Position numbers and translations under genes: made by a program. This document shows, piece after piece, positions 1 through 11,930 of a stretch of DNA of 53,562 bases (positions within the stretch are counted from its first letter, which is position 1; every line of letters starts with the position of its first letter). The notes beneath the pieces were generated by a model that saw only the letters and a list, made by a program, of their open reading frames with translations, made no database searches and was not told where the DNA came from. Source of the DNA: Nemertoderma westbladi (Eukaryota; Animalia; Xenacoelomorpha); NCBI GenBank assembly GCA_032718475.1, contig JAUCBJ010007783.1:1-53562 (forward strand). The letters are read 5' to 3'.

Positions 1-1202
1 GATGGGTCCTTAATCCAGGACCAAGGGCGTCCTTATCCCAGAACGAAGGGGGTCCTAGTTACAGGACCAGATTTGCCCTAGTAAGAGGGTCTATGCAGCT
101 ACAGGTGGCACCTCCTTTATGCTGCATGGAGGTGGCAAGTTTTCTTGATCAATGACCTAGAATACCTGACCTGACCTGAATGGCAATAGTTCGCACCTGT
201 AGGAAGTACAGGTTAACCCAGGGATTCGTAGGACTGACAAGAAGGGGGGGGTTGTCTGGATATAATTATTTGATCCTAAATTTGCGGCGTCCAGTGCGGT
301 GTCACGCTTACCCTGATCTATAGGTCTTACGGCGGGCAAGGGCGTCGAACAAAGTCTTACCTTCTCACAAAGCGGGCGCTGCATAGCAAGTGGAGTATTT
401 CGAAGGGCAAAGGGGGTGCGCGGTCAATCCAAATGTGGGCGCTAGCGTGTTGTGGACATCCCTTCCCTGCGTTGCTTGCGGCCTAACGGTCTAGGCTGCC
501 ATCTCCCTGGTGTTCGGCTGTCCCGAAGTCGGACCAAAAGAAAACATGTCAGGAAATTGCAGTATATTTACAGTTTTACAAAAGGATTTATCAAACGAAG
601 TTTCAACAAGAAACCGAATAAACTAATTTTACAAAAGTAAGAGTTTTACAAAGTGGTAAGAAGTGACATAATATAAGGTATATAGCCGTATTCTAAAAAG
701 GGGGTGATAACCGAAGGCAAACCGGCCTTTTATACTAGAAATTGCACATGGAAACTAAACAGAAATTTCCACAGCTTCACAATTGAGCAATGAAGTGCGT
801 CGTGCCCTATGATTGGCCCAGCTCATCGTTCAACGCAGTCCGGCCCTTACACTAATCTGGGACATGGAATCCTAACAGAATTTTCCACTGCCTCACATTT
901 GAGCAATAAGATAATTTATGCCCTATGATTGGCCTGGCTCATTATTCGCTACGTTGTACGCTTCTCATTGGCCTACCAATTAGCACCACACGAAAATAAA
1001 TGGCCCCAAAATACAAATTTCCCGACTGGGATTCGAACTCGTAACCTACGTAATGTAACCAACGCCTTAACCATCTGACCACTACGCCACGAGAGTACCT
1101 AAGGGTTTTATGTGTACAAATATGAATAGGCATATTACATTACTGTAATTTAATCAAAATACGTCGGATTTTCAAAAGTTTTTACGTTAAAGTTAAACTA
1201 CA
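1..1202 (-). mobile_element. 5' part of a long LTR-like element that runs off the window start; related to the insert at 31518-33725
   Basis: The minus strand starts TGTAG at 1202. It then shows a tRNA-like A/B-box cassette (1020-1092), CCAAT boxes in a ~115-bp direct repeat (747-830/863-948), a TATA box (TATAAAAG, ~727-734) and the motif GATGGCAGCCTAGAC..GGCCGCAAGCAACG (470-503). The same order of parts occurs in 31518-33725. Confidence 0.55.
1020..1092 (-). promoter_or_regulatory. tRNA-derived Pol III internal promoter (A box + B box) inside the LTR-like element
   Basis: Minus strand reads GTAGTGGTCAGATGGTTAAGGCGTTGG...GAGTTCGAATCCCAG, followed by a short T run. No complete cloverleaf or anticodon arm. 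Confidence 0.65.
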
Positions 1203-1901
1203 AATGCTACCTTATAGTGAAATAATTCATCACAACACATACCATACTACTGTACCGGTACCGGTAGTACCAAATATATAACATGTCATAGAACATTTTA
1301 TGCGTGATATAATAATAAAATCCTTACCTGGCGTATTCAGCCCCTGACGAATCGCTTGTTTCCTTCCATTCATTGCAAACAGCAACATCAATAGGAAACC
1401 GGTGCAAATGGTCTTTTGACTTGCATACTAAACAAGTACGTGGCATGATGTAGATAGTTCACTATGTGTAGCCAGTGAAGTAATGAAGACCCTACTGTGT
1501 AGAGACTAAAGGTTACCGCGATGTACTGGTTAATTGTAATCGAAAAATTATCGGTTAAAATATTGTTTTAAAATAGTGCAGCTGTAGCTAGTTGTGGTAA
1601 TAATAATATTGTTGAAAACCAACGCATCAATATTACAACAGCGCAGTTCAAGAATAATGACACTACTACTTGTTGCCATAGAAATATATCGCAAATAAGA
1701 TTAAATCGCCCCCAACACAGCAATTCTTGTTGGCAAATATGAAAACTTTGACGGATTATATCTCGAGAACGCTCCGGTCGAATTTGCTTAAATTTTTTTT
1801 CTGGGGTTTCTATGGCATATACTACCACTTTATTGAAAAAAATATCGGGGCCGAAAAAATAACACTAATGCGGTTCCGTCTATATTTAGTATTCCATGGT
1901 A

Positions 1902-3694
1902 TAGGGTTAATTAATCGATTTACCTAAAACCGTTGGATGCCGGCCATAAATGCTTTAGGGATGGAGTTAACTGTCCCGTCAAACTATAAAACTTTTTAGA
2001 TTAAGTGGAACATGACCTACTAAATATACAACCATGAAAGCTGCATTCTACTGTACCTACTAAATTTAATAAGCACACGTTTTGAAAATAATTTTTTGCA
2101 TATTTGAAGGATTTTATAATAAAAGTCTTCTAGAACATTTTTTTATGATTCTTTTCAATAGTAAGTATTATAATTTTGAAACAAATTATTTTAATAGCTA
2201 TTTTTATATATTATTGGTAATTATTGCCAGATCCACTTCGTTGGTGCTTACCTACGCTATCTCCAGGAATATTGTGTCTTAATTCAGTGACTTTGGCCAC
2301 CAATTATTATTCTACAAATCTTAATGAGATTGCATGAAATTTGAAATATATATTGTTTTACCTCCCTCATCCATACTGGGTGCATGAAATTTGAAATATA
2401 TATTGTTTTACCTCCCTCATCCATACTGGGTGCATGAAATTTGAAATATATATTGTTTTACCTCCCTCATCCATACTGGGTGCATGAAATTTGAAATATA
2501 TATTGTTTTACCTCCCTCATCCATACTGGGTGCATGAAATTTGAAATATATATTGTTTTACCTCCCTCATCCATACTGGGTGCATGAAATTTGAAATATA
2601 TATTGTTTTACCTCCCTCATCCATACTGGGTGCATGAAATTTGAAATATATATTGTTTTACCTCCCTCATCCATACTGGGTACATGAAATTTGAAATATA
2701 TATTGTTTTACCTCCCTCATCCATACTGGGTGCATGAAATTTGAAATATATATTGTTTTACCTCCCTCATCCATACTGGGTGCGTCAGAATATTTATTTT
2801 CGCTTTCGGCACTACTGATATCACCACATACTACAGTATGTATACCCATAACCATATTTTTTTCACTATAGCTAGTTTTTGCTACTTTTTTTTTAGAACT
2901 ATTCTATTTCATTTTAGCTATTGTTAGGTTATAAAAATTAGAACTAATTTCTAGAACTAATATATATTTTTTGATCTATAACATTTAAAAGTAAAAATTT
3001 ATTAAAAATGAGATATTATGTGTAATAAATAGTTTATTACATTAACATTAACATATTACATATACATTAAATATACAAATTATCAGGCTAGCTAGTAATT
3101 TTCCAAATTACCTATTATTTTTAAAGAAATTAAAAAAAAATTTATTAAAAATTAGTAACTATGTGTAATAAATAGATTATTTATCATTTATAAACATTTA
3201 AAATTAAAAAAAAATTTACAAATTATCAGGCTAGCTAGCTTAGTAATTTTCCAAGTTAGCTATTATTAAAAAAAACATTTTTTTTTCAAAATTATACTTT
3301 TCTTTTATACTATTCTTTGGAAATGTCAATAATATTTGTATCTTTAGAGCACTTTTTGTTTTCGTGACGTGGCATTTTATTTAATGAAAACAGTTAAAGT
3401 GAACCTACTACTGTAAACATTAAAAAACATTATGTCCCCTTTCATTTGAGACAAATATAAATGTAATAGCTCCAGTTGTTTTCGAGATAAGAGGAGTTCC
3501 TGGGAGTCCCATACCATATCAGCACCTTTCAAAAATTGATAAAATTACTCAAAATACACGAGTAATTTACTTTACTTCAAAGTCTTGGGTATAACCATTA
3601 AACCATATGCTTTTTAGGTTAGTCGAATTCATTATTAGTAATCGAAAGCGAAATTAGAATAAAACCTTCATTGTTTATTTTTTAATAAACACTA
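1902..3694. mobile_element. Non-autonomous dispersed repeat (unclassified DNA-transposon-like), copy 1
   Basis: Colinear with 43428-45222. Ends are TAGGGTTAATTAA...TTAATAAACACTA (imperfect TIR). No coding capacity. Lacks the ~0.5-kb internal segment present in copy 2. Confidence 0.75.
2331..2780. repeat. 50-bp minisatellite, 9 copies
   Basis: Unit TGCATGAAATTTGAAATATATATTGTTTTACCTCCCTCATCCATACTGGG at an exact 50-bp period. Confidence 0.97.
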
Positions 3695-4063
3695 ACTGGA
3701 ATATAAACCCGATATAGGTGAGGTTGGAGATGACTTGAACGAGTTATTCGGTATAAATAGACACTATGGAATCCATACAGACACATCAACCCCCCACACC
3801 GCCCAGGGTCTCTCCCCACTGCCTAATTCCTCCCCAACCCTCACTAACCACCCTCAAGGCGACTTCGACTTAAACCTCCCCAAAACCTACACTAGTAAAG
3901 TTGGCTTTATCTTTATTAAATTATCAGTGAAAAGAGTCTAGTATTGAAGAAAATAAAATAACGTAACAATTTAGTAAATAGATAATGAAAAAAATATACA
4001 GTAGTTGCACAGATTCGGTCGTCCTTACCTTATGTTAGAGACAATGACTGCGGAAACGAAAAA

Positions 4064-4412
4064 AGTTATTGAGAGTTATAAGTTTGATGTGAATCCTCAA
4101 TCATTTTCTGTTCCTTACTTTTCACCCAGTATGTGAAATCCTATTGGATATAACTTTCTGTGATAGGCACATGAAACATTTTATAATAAAATATAGTAGT
4201 ATAAAAGATCGTAGCATTTATAGGATACATTAGCAATTAGGTAGCATTGTGATATATATTAGGAGTATAATGAGAGTGCGATTATTAATTATTATTATAA
4301 AAGATTAAACTATGTCTTATTATCATCAACTCATTCATTTTATATTTCTTTATATCCATCATCATATTTCGAACCCAAAAAACATTTACAAACTTAGACC
4401 GACGCGTCAACA
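4064..4412 (+). repeat. Element A 5' LTR (5'-truncated)
   Basis: Near-identical to 34720-35069 and ends GTCAACA. The first ~290 bp of the LTR are absent here. Confidence 0.9.
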
Positions 4413-4418
4413 CATTTA

Positions 4419-4437
4419 TTGCTCCTTCGAACCGGAT
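4419..4437 (+). promoter_or_regulatory. Primer-binding site of element A
   Basis: TTGCTCCTTCGAACCGGAT just after the LTR resembles the TGGTCCTTCGA(A/G)CCGG PBS common in BEL/Pao elements. Confidence 0.7.
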
Positions 4438-4507
4438 ACATCAACCCACTAACTACGATGACTCTATGGGATTTGTTCCCAAATAATCACAGAAACACCC
4501 TTTCAAG

Positions 4508-5696
4508 ATGAGTGAACCTGGCGGTATCAGCCGGCGAGTTGCCCTGCGACGAACCTCTCAAAGACGGATCTCAACGGGACAGGATCCTACTCCGAAACTC
4601 GTACCTGCATCGTTACCCCTGGATTCTCCCATTATCTTAACGGGACAGGATCCTACTCCGAAACTCGTACCTGCATCGTTACCCCTGGATTCTCCCATTA
4701 CTCATGGAATTTCTGCCCCAGGAAGCCACACCTCACGAACGAGTCATCAAACCCACTCTGCTTCGTCATGCACGATCACGTCACGTGCAAGACATGCTGC
4801 ACGAAGTGCACATCTTTCCCAGCTAGCAGCGGATCAGGCTCGAGCGAGAGCCCAACTGCGAGTTGAAATGGCGACGGTAGATGCAAATGCTGAGACTCTG
4901 GAAGCCGACCAGGAAGCCGCAATGAAAGCCCTGGAGGCAAAGTTACTAATAGAAGACGTCGAAGAGGGTGATGAAAATCTCGAAACAAGACTTCATGACT
5001 TTGATGATGAAATCTCCGTACATTCTACCAGCCACCCGGTTTCCCGTGGATCAACCGAACCTGGTAATGTACTCCTGCAACAGGAGCCCATACAAGAACC
5101 CGAGTTAAATCAACACCCGACTTCAATTCTTCCAAATCAACTTGTCACATCGACTTCAACATCGGTTAGTTATTGCCATGCCAATACCGTAATGCGAAAA
5201 AATACAGCGGGTGCTGAAATATCACCACTTGTGAATTATAATGCACCCCGTATGGACACACCCATAAACCCGCTTCCAGTGAGTAGGCCTACATCTAACG
5301 TTAATAAACTTTCCACATTCAATCAACCTGCTTTGAATCCTACTCGGCCAGTATTTTATTTATACACAAATCCGCGCCGATAATGTTTCCTAGTGAGAAC
5401 AAAGATTAAATAAGCGATTTTCCTGGTTTCGTTAACAAGCAATTTCATACACAACATGAGCCTGTGGATGCCTGGGTGGATAGACTAATCCCTTACGAAG
5501 AAACATTTCTACATACAATCACCCCTAATTGCGATTGCGATTGGAAGAGGATCGAGGAATACCTCCCATTACCATTATTAAATTTGATGGAAACCCTTTA
5601 AAATGGCCGGACTTTATAAGTAATTTTTACACACATGTGCATAATAAAATTTATAATGATGATAACCGGAGTATGGCACAACTATTGAACCACTTG
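4508..5696 (+). pseudogene. gag: Element A gag, N-terminal part (disrupted)
   Basis: ORF 4508-5383 starts ~70 bp after the PBS and contains a duplicated TGQDPTPKLVPASLPLDSPI peptide. A downstream frame gives FDGNPLKWPDFISNF (BEL Gag/DUF1759-like). It is cut by element B, and the frame resumes at 27400 (LLNHL|SADTREV). Confidence 0.85.
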
Positions 5697-7056
5697 TGTT
5701 AAACAGGGGCGATCAGGAGCGCGTTATTACTGCCGCACTGCAGCACTGCTGCTAAACACAAAACTGCTTCTCACCGCCGGATGGCGCTAACCTGGCAGTC
5801 CGCTAATATATTTTACTAATTTTATACGGCTCCTGCAAATCGCTTGTTCCTTTCTCTGTTGATCGCTCAACAGAGAGCTAACTGTTCGAATCTATGAGCC
5901 ACGCGGGAATAACCAAAACAATAAACCCGAATCGGCTCCCTAAGCTACTTAAAACGAGTGCGGGTGACCTAGCACTCGGAGTTCACTTATCGCAAAATAC
6001 TGGAATTCACTGGCAGAACACGTTGAATGTGAGAATGTTTTAATGTTAAGGGGGGTAGATCTGTTACTTTCCTAGGTGCTGAAACTTGGCCTTTGGCTGG
6101 TTTTAGACCAGCAAACTTACTACTGCTGTACTGTATACTGGACACTGCTGTCAGCCCGTTGCCCCGCTATTTTCAAATAACCGCCTAGCGTGAATAGTCT
6201 ACAGTATTCTAAAACAATTACTTAAACTACTCTCCGCTATGCTGCGTACAAATTCTTATTTTATTTTATCGCTAAATTAATTACAGTCATAAATACAAAT
6301 TCGCGTACTAATTACTAGATATTCCAGAATACGTACTTCTAATTTATTACGTACTGGGGCTTATACTAGCAACAGTCTAAATACGGTATTATGTTGACCT
6401 AATTAGCAATTAATAAGCATAAACTAAGAAATGGAAATCAATCAAAGGGAAAGGCGCCTATCTAAGCATTCACATTTAAGAATCAGGCACTCTTTAGCAA
6501 CACAACACAAATAGCGTAGCACTAAGTTAGTAGTACGGCAGTACGGCAGATAGCGCTAACTACACCAATCAGCTAGTGTACTAAATACCCGTACATTAGT
6601 ACATCAGTATACCAGTATTAGTCATCCAATCAGTCAATCAGTCAGTCAGTCAGTCAGTGTAAGAACCACAGGTCACCCAAAGCCACACATGGGACTCCTA
6701 ACTAAAGGCAGTGATTTTTTATGTCCTTTTATTTGACTTTTTTTGTCATTTTTTTTTACGAATTATGCATAATGACTTTAGTTGTCCTTTTAATGACTTT
6801 CATTGTCCTTTTAATGACTTTTTATGTATGTATTTCTTCAAACTGTCAGACTGCTGATTTCTGGACTGTCAGACAGTTGATTTCACTATGCCTGTGCCAA
6901 AACATTCCATGATTCCATGATTTATAAACTATGAGATAGATTTCCATTATGCGCCTGTGGTAAAAAGGCTCTATATTTAATAGTTTGTGGTTGTTGTCGA
7001 TAATCGATTACCACATGACGTAGCAAAACACTCATTTTATAGCCAAAAACAATTAC

Positions 7057-7428
7057 CAATTGATGGAAAGGAGCAGGTTAATGCCGAGTTTTCTAACCAA
7101 AACAATAAACAGTCACTTTACCAAATCAGGGAAAGGAGCAGGTTACAGAGACGGGATTTTCTAACCAAAACAATAAACGATCTCTTAACTAATTGAGGGA
7201 AAGGAGCAGGTTACAGAGGCGGGATTTTCTAACCAAAACAATAAACGATCACTTAACTTATTGAGGGAAAGGAGCAGGTTATAGATGCGGGATTTTCTAA
7301 CCAAAACAATAAACGATAACATTTCCAATTGAGGGAAAGGAGCAGGTTACAGAGGCGGGATTATCTAACCAAAACAATAAACGATCATTTAACTAATTGA
7401 GGGAAAGGGGCAGGTTACAGAGGCGGGC
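7057..7428. repeat. 68-bp tandem repeat, ~5.5 copies
   Basis: TTGAGGGAAAGG(A/G)GCAGGTT...AACCAAAACAATAAACG recurs at 7193, 7261, 7329 and 7397. Confidence 0.92.
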
Positions 7429-7719
7429 CTTCTGTGCTGTTGGAAGTAGTGGTGCCGCTATCCGTAACACTACTCAGACAGTAGTCATGATCCATTATTG
7501 ATTATAAAACTAATACAGTAATAGGCCTAAATTATGTGAAAGGTATATCCACATTTTCCACAATCCTGCAATCCAGTTTGGCCTATCAATTATTTAAAAT
7601 TTATTAGCACAACCGGTAGGCCTACCATTACAGTATTTAAATGGTAGGCTACACAGTAGGCCTATAGCAGTACCGGTGCCGGTACCGGTACTAAAATACA
7701 GAAATACCTGCTTTATACC

Positions 7720-9572
7720 ACGAGGCGTTAAAGTCTATACAAATCAATCCAGGTTTCAGCCAATCACAAAGGAGATGACGTAGGGCCTATTACAAATGAA
7801 TGTGGATTGATTTGTATAGACTTTAATGACCACCCATGTTCTGTTAGAATCTATACATTTCAATTATTTTCATTTAAATACTGCTTTCCCACTACTATTT
7901 CCCATAATAGTACTAAAGTAAGTAAGATGGTCTCCAGTGTATAATTGTTTGTTGTGTGAAGGTCAGCACACCAGTCTGCCATTACACACAGTAGGCAGGA
8001 GAGGATTGGAATACTGATCGCATATATATGGCAGGGTACTGTGAGTATGTAGCTACTGTAGGAGCTGTATTAAGAGCAATATTAATTAATATTAAGAGTG
8101 AGGGTCCATATGACCTACACTATATACAGTAGTACTGTAGGTCATGGAAGAACTCTACAGTAGGTATACTGTTACTGTTAGGCCTTAGCGCCTAGCCATG
8201 TCTAATATTCAATGCAAATATTGTTCTACTGGTCAAAGTTATAAATCTAAGAACTCACTTGGGTGTCATATTAGGCGATTCCATAAAAACTATATTCCTC
8301 GCAGTGATAACGGCAAAATAACTTTCTCATCAGAACAAGAATTTGATTTATGGAAAGAAAATTTTGAAGATAAAACCATTTCAAAATTTATTAAGCGATC
8401 AGATGGCGCAACGATGAGGAAGGATGGTTCCAGTGAAATCTTGCTCAGCATTCATCAAAGCTGTAAAGTTGCCAAATGGGAATTTTGAAGTTGAGGCTGT
8501 TGGAACGCATGATTCACATGATGTATCATGCTCAGTATTCATATTCATATTCAGTACTCATATTCAGTATCATGCTGGTAGAACAACATCTGTTTCGCAG
8601 GAAGATATCCCGTCTGTTTCGCAGGAAGATATCCCGTCCGTTTCGCAGGAAGATATCCAGTCTGTTTCGCAGGGAGATATCCCGTCTGTCCATCACTGTC
8701 CTTCCGTCAGTTCATGATGCTGATATCGAACAACTATCCGACACTGATTTATGCGAACCACAACTGGTTTCGGATTTTTGGGATTCTGGAATCCCTAAAC
8801 AGTTCTGGGAGGCTACCTCCGCCATGTCTACATCTAAGGAGGTAGGGTACCCCATGCCTCGTCCTAACAAACTGAATGCTTTATTGCACAACCCGAAAAT
8901 TACGCACAGCAATAAATTAATGGCTCACAATGCCATTGACAACATTATAAAATCCTTAACACATCGATTACCACTACTCACAAAGTCGCCTAATAATAAA
9001 CGAATTATCACCCAGAACCGCCGAATTTCCTCAATCCGACAGCAATTGTACACAACGCGAAAAAAAGAAATTAGAAAAAATAAGAAATACCTAAGACCGA
9101 CTAACATGGAACAAAATAGTATGTCTGCATATCTCAATCGATTGCAGCCGGTTGTAATATGGACCGGGCCGCGATCATGATTACGCATTAACTAACTGTA
9201 TCTGACTGTACATTTTATACTGTACGTATGATTAAATGTTCTGCGGCTTTCAGATAATGGTTTGCTACTGTATGATTAACCTGTTAATTTACTATAAGCA
9301 TAACATATGTATCTATAATTATAATAATGTAGAACAAGTATGAGAGTGTCTAGCAAAGATTTTTCATATCCTTTCATATAGCCTATACAGTTGACTTGAA
9401 CTTATAATTTAAATTATAAGTAAAAAAAATTGAAATGTATAGATTCTAACAAAACGTGGGTGGTCATTAAAGCCCATACAAATCAATCCACATTCGGTTG
9501 TAATAGGCCTACGTCATCTCCTTTGTGATTGGCTGAAACCTGGATTGATTTGTATAGACTTTAACGCCTCGT
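7720..9572 (+). mobile_element. Internally deleted Mutator/MULE transposon
   Basis: ~145-bp TIRs (ACGAGGCGTTAAAG...CTTTAACGCCTCGT), 9-bp TSD CTTTATACC (7711-7719 and 9573-9581), and a transposase remnant inside. Confidence 0.88.
8198..9180 (+). pseudogene. MULE transposase remnant (C2H2 finger + WRKY/FAR1-like DNA-binding domain + C-terminus; no DDE core)
   Basis: CKYC...CHIRRFH, then FSSEQEFDLWKE, then CSAFIKA...VGTHDSH in the next frame. Basic C-terminal PNNKRIITQNRR..TTRKK. Internal 24-bp repeats (SVSQEDIP x4). Confidence 0.7.
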
Positions 9573-10682
9573 CTTTATACCTACATCTGTACCAAGGCCT
9601 ACATCTGTACATACAATACAGCAAAATAGTGCTATATATACTAATACCGGTACTGATAGCCTGAGAGAACAGCAGTAGAGAAACCGGTAGCATGGAACCT
9701 AACATTAGACATTTGGAGGACATAAAAAATAAAAAAAAGGACAAAAAAAGGATTTAAACGGACAATAAAAATTATTGCGCTAACTAAACCCAAATTCTGC
9801 CCCCCTAAAACTACAAAGTAGAGACGGAAATCTGGATCGTCAGCCCCCTAATACTGTAACAGCGGCTGGTCCCCGGTCCTCAACTGACTAGCTCCGACCG
9901 CAACGGTGGCCCCTGCCAGCGTCGCCCCGCTTTGGATCCTCTGCACTCCCTTCCGTCGCTTCCCCCAGGCCCGTATGGTGATCATAATATCTGAGGGGGC
10001 AGAGGCCAAATCTGGGGGGGCAAACCCTTAACTGGGTTTGTGGGAGCATACAGCAAGGTGAGAGTTAATTTAGTACATAAAGTAAAGTCAATATTGTTGA
10101 AGAGCGTGTGGGGCAAGCCACGAAGTTGGCGGGACCTTGGCGAACTGACACTGTTTAGGAGTATGTCAATAATGGCAAATAGTTGTTGACGTAACGATTT
10201 CATTAACGTAACATTCAAATAACTTTGTCAGATTTAAAGCTGTCGAATTAAAAATTTGTAGGCATAAATATGTCCAAAACTTGACATTATTTAGCGACTT
10301 TTGACACCAACAGTTCAGCAGTCTCCCGCTAGATGGCTAGATGTCTAAGCATTAAATGTTCTCCCATTTCTTTGCTTTTAATCCGTTTCAGCGGAAACTT
10401 GGCAGAATTGTACCAGACCATTTGCTGTGTCATTTAATCTTTTTCTGAGGTCTTAAATCGACTGCAGATTTCCAGACTGCCTCTAGGTGTAAAGTGATCA
10501 AGGGACATCTGCTTAGATTTTGCTTATATTTCTTTCGCGTTGGCACTTACATAAGATTATGTCACGTGCTGCACGAAGGACCCACTTCAGGAATAATATG
10601 GTTAAGGTTAAGTTACAACGTTAAGTCGCCTCCGGCTTCGGCCGACTGTTTGCTTTTTAAGTTACAACAAATTATAGTTCTA

Positions 10683-11465
10683 ACCTTCCCAATAATTTTA
10701 CTCTTTACCTTCAAAATAATTTTCTCTTTACCTTCCAAATAATTTTACTCATTACCTTCCAAATAATTTTCTCTTTACCTTCCAAATAATTTTACTCATT
10801 ACCTTTCTAATAATTTTCTCTTTACCTTCCAAATAATTTTACTCATTACCTTCCAAATAATTTTATCTTTACCTTCCAAATAATTTTACTCATTACCTTC
10901 CAAATAATTTTCTCTTTACCTTCCAAATAATTTTACTCATTACCTTCCAAATAATTTTCTCTTTACCTTCCAAATAATTTTACTCATTACCTTCCAAATA
11001 ATTTTCTCTTTACCTTCCAAATAATTTTACTCATTACCTTCCAAATAATTTTCTCTTTACCTTCCAAATAATTTTACTCATTACCTTCCAAATAATTTTC
11101 TCTTTACCTTCCAAATAATTTTACTCATTACCTTCCAAATAATTTTCTCTTTACCTTCCAAATAATTTTACTCATTACCTTCCAAATAATTTTCTCTTTA
11201 CCTTCCAAATAATTTTACTCATTACCTTCCAAATAATTTTCTCTTTACCTTCCAAATAATTTTACTCATTACCTTCCAAATAATTTTCTCTTTACCTTCC
11301 AAATAATTTTACTCATTACCTTCCAAATAATTTTCTCTTTACCTTCCAAATAATTTTACTCATTACCTTCCAAATAATTTTATTCTTTACCTTTTTCAAT
11401 AATTTTACTCTTTACCTTTTTCAATAATTTTACTCTTTACCTTTTTCAATAATTTTACTCTTTTC
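10683..11465. repeat. 23/24-bp minisatellite organised as a 47-bp dimer
   Basis: TTACCTTCCAAATAATTTTCTCT alternates with TTACCTTCCAAATAATTTTACTCA. Confidence 0.95.
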
Positions 11466-11581
11466 AACAAGCAGACTTGGCCTTAACTGTCGAGAAACGC
11501 ACGTACGAATCGGATCGAACGCGCTAAGTACCGGTAGCGGAATTCACCTAGCCTACATACAGCATATTGACCTTTGAACTG

Positions 11582-11930
11582 TCGTGTGGGGCGAGCCACG
11601 AAGTGAGCGAAGCCTTAGCATATGGGTGCCATTGACGAGTTGTCTGTCGTCGTCGTCGTCTGTCGTCGTCGTCGTCTGTCGTCGTAAATTTTTGATCGCT
11701 AATAACTCGGTTATTCCTTGATGAAATTAAACGAAACTTGGTATCTATGTAGTCCGTCAAAAGTTTAGAAAGAATCTGATGTTTCGTCAAAAACGAACTA
11801 ACGCAACGTGGCACAAGAGGAGGACGAGTATTGTGTTGAAGACTTCTGACTAACGACTTACAACTCGTTAATGGTAGGTACCCATATGCTAAAGGCTTTG
11901 CTCACTTCATTCTGCGCGAAGACCCCACGA
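11582..11930. mobile_element. MITE/HINE (DINE-1-like) element with inverted arms and a (GTC)n microsatellite
   Basis: Imperfect ~65-bp inverted repeats (11582-11643 vs 11860-11930), and a GTCTGTCGTC microsatellite followed by an AAACTTGGTAT motif. A related head occurs at ~10105. Confidence 0.55.

Larger units (their letters stand above)
6707..9779. mobile_element. Non-autonomous DNA transposon (Mutator-like by TSD length) in the element B LTR
   Basis: 9-bp TSD CTAACTAAA (6698-6706 and 9780-9788), absent from the other LTR. Imperfect TIR GGCAGTGATTTTTTATGTCC / GGACAATAAAAATTATTGCG, with subterminal GTCC/GGAC motifs. Confidence 0.8.

Noticed and set aside
1020-1092. Functional tRNA gene
   Set aside because: The A and B boxes are present, but the acceptor and anticodon stems do not pair; the same holds for 31645-31732.
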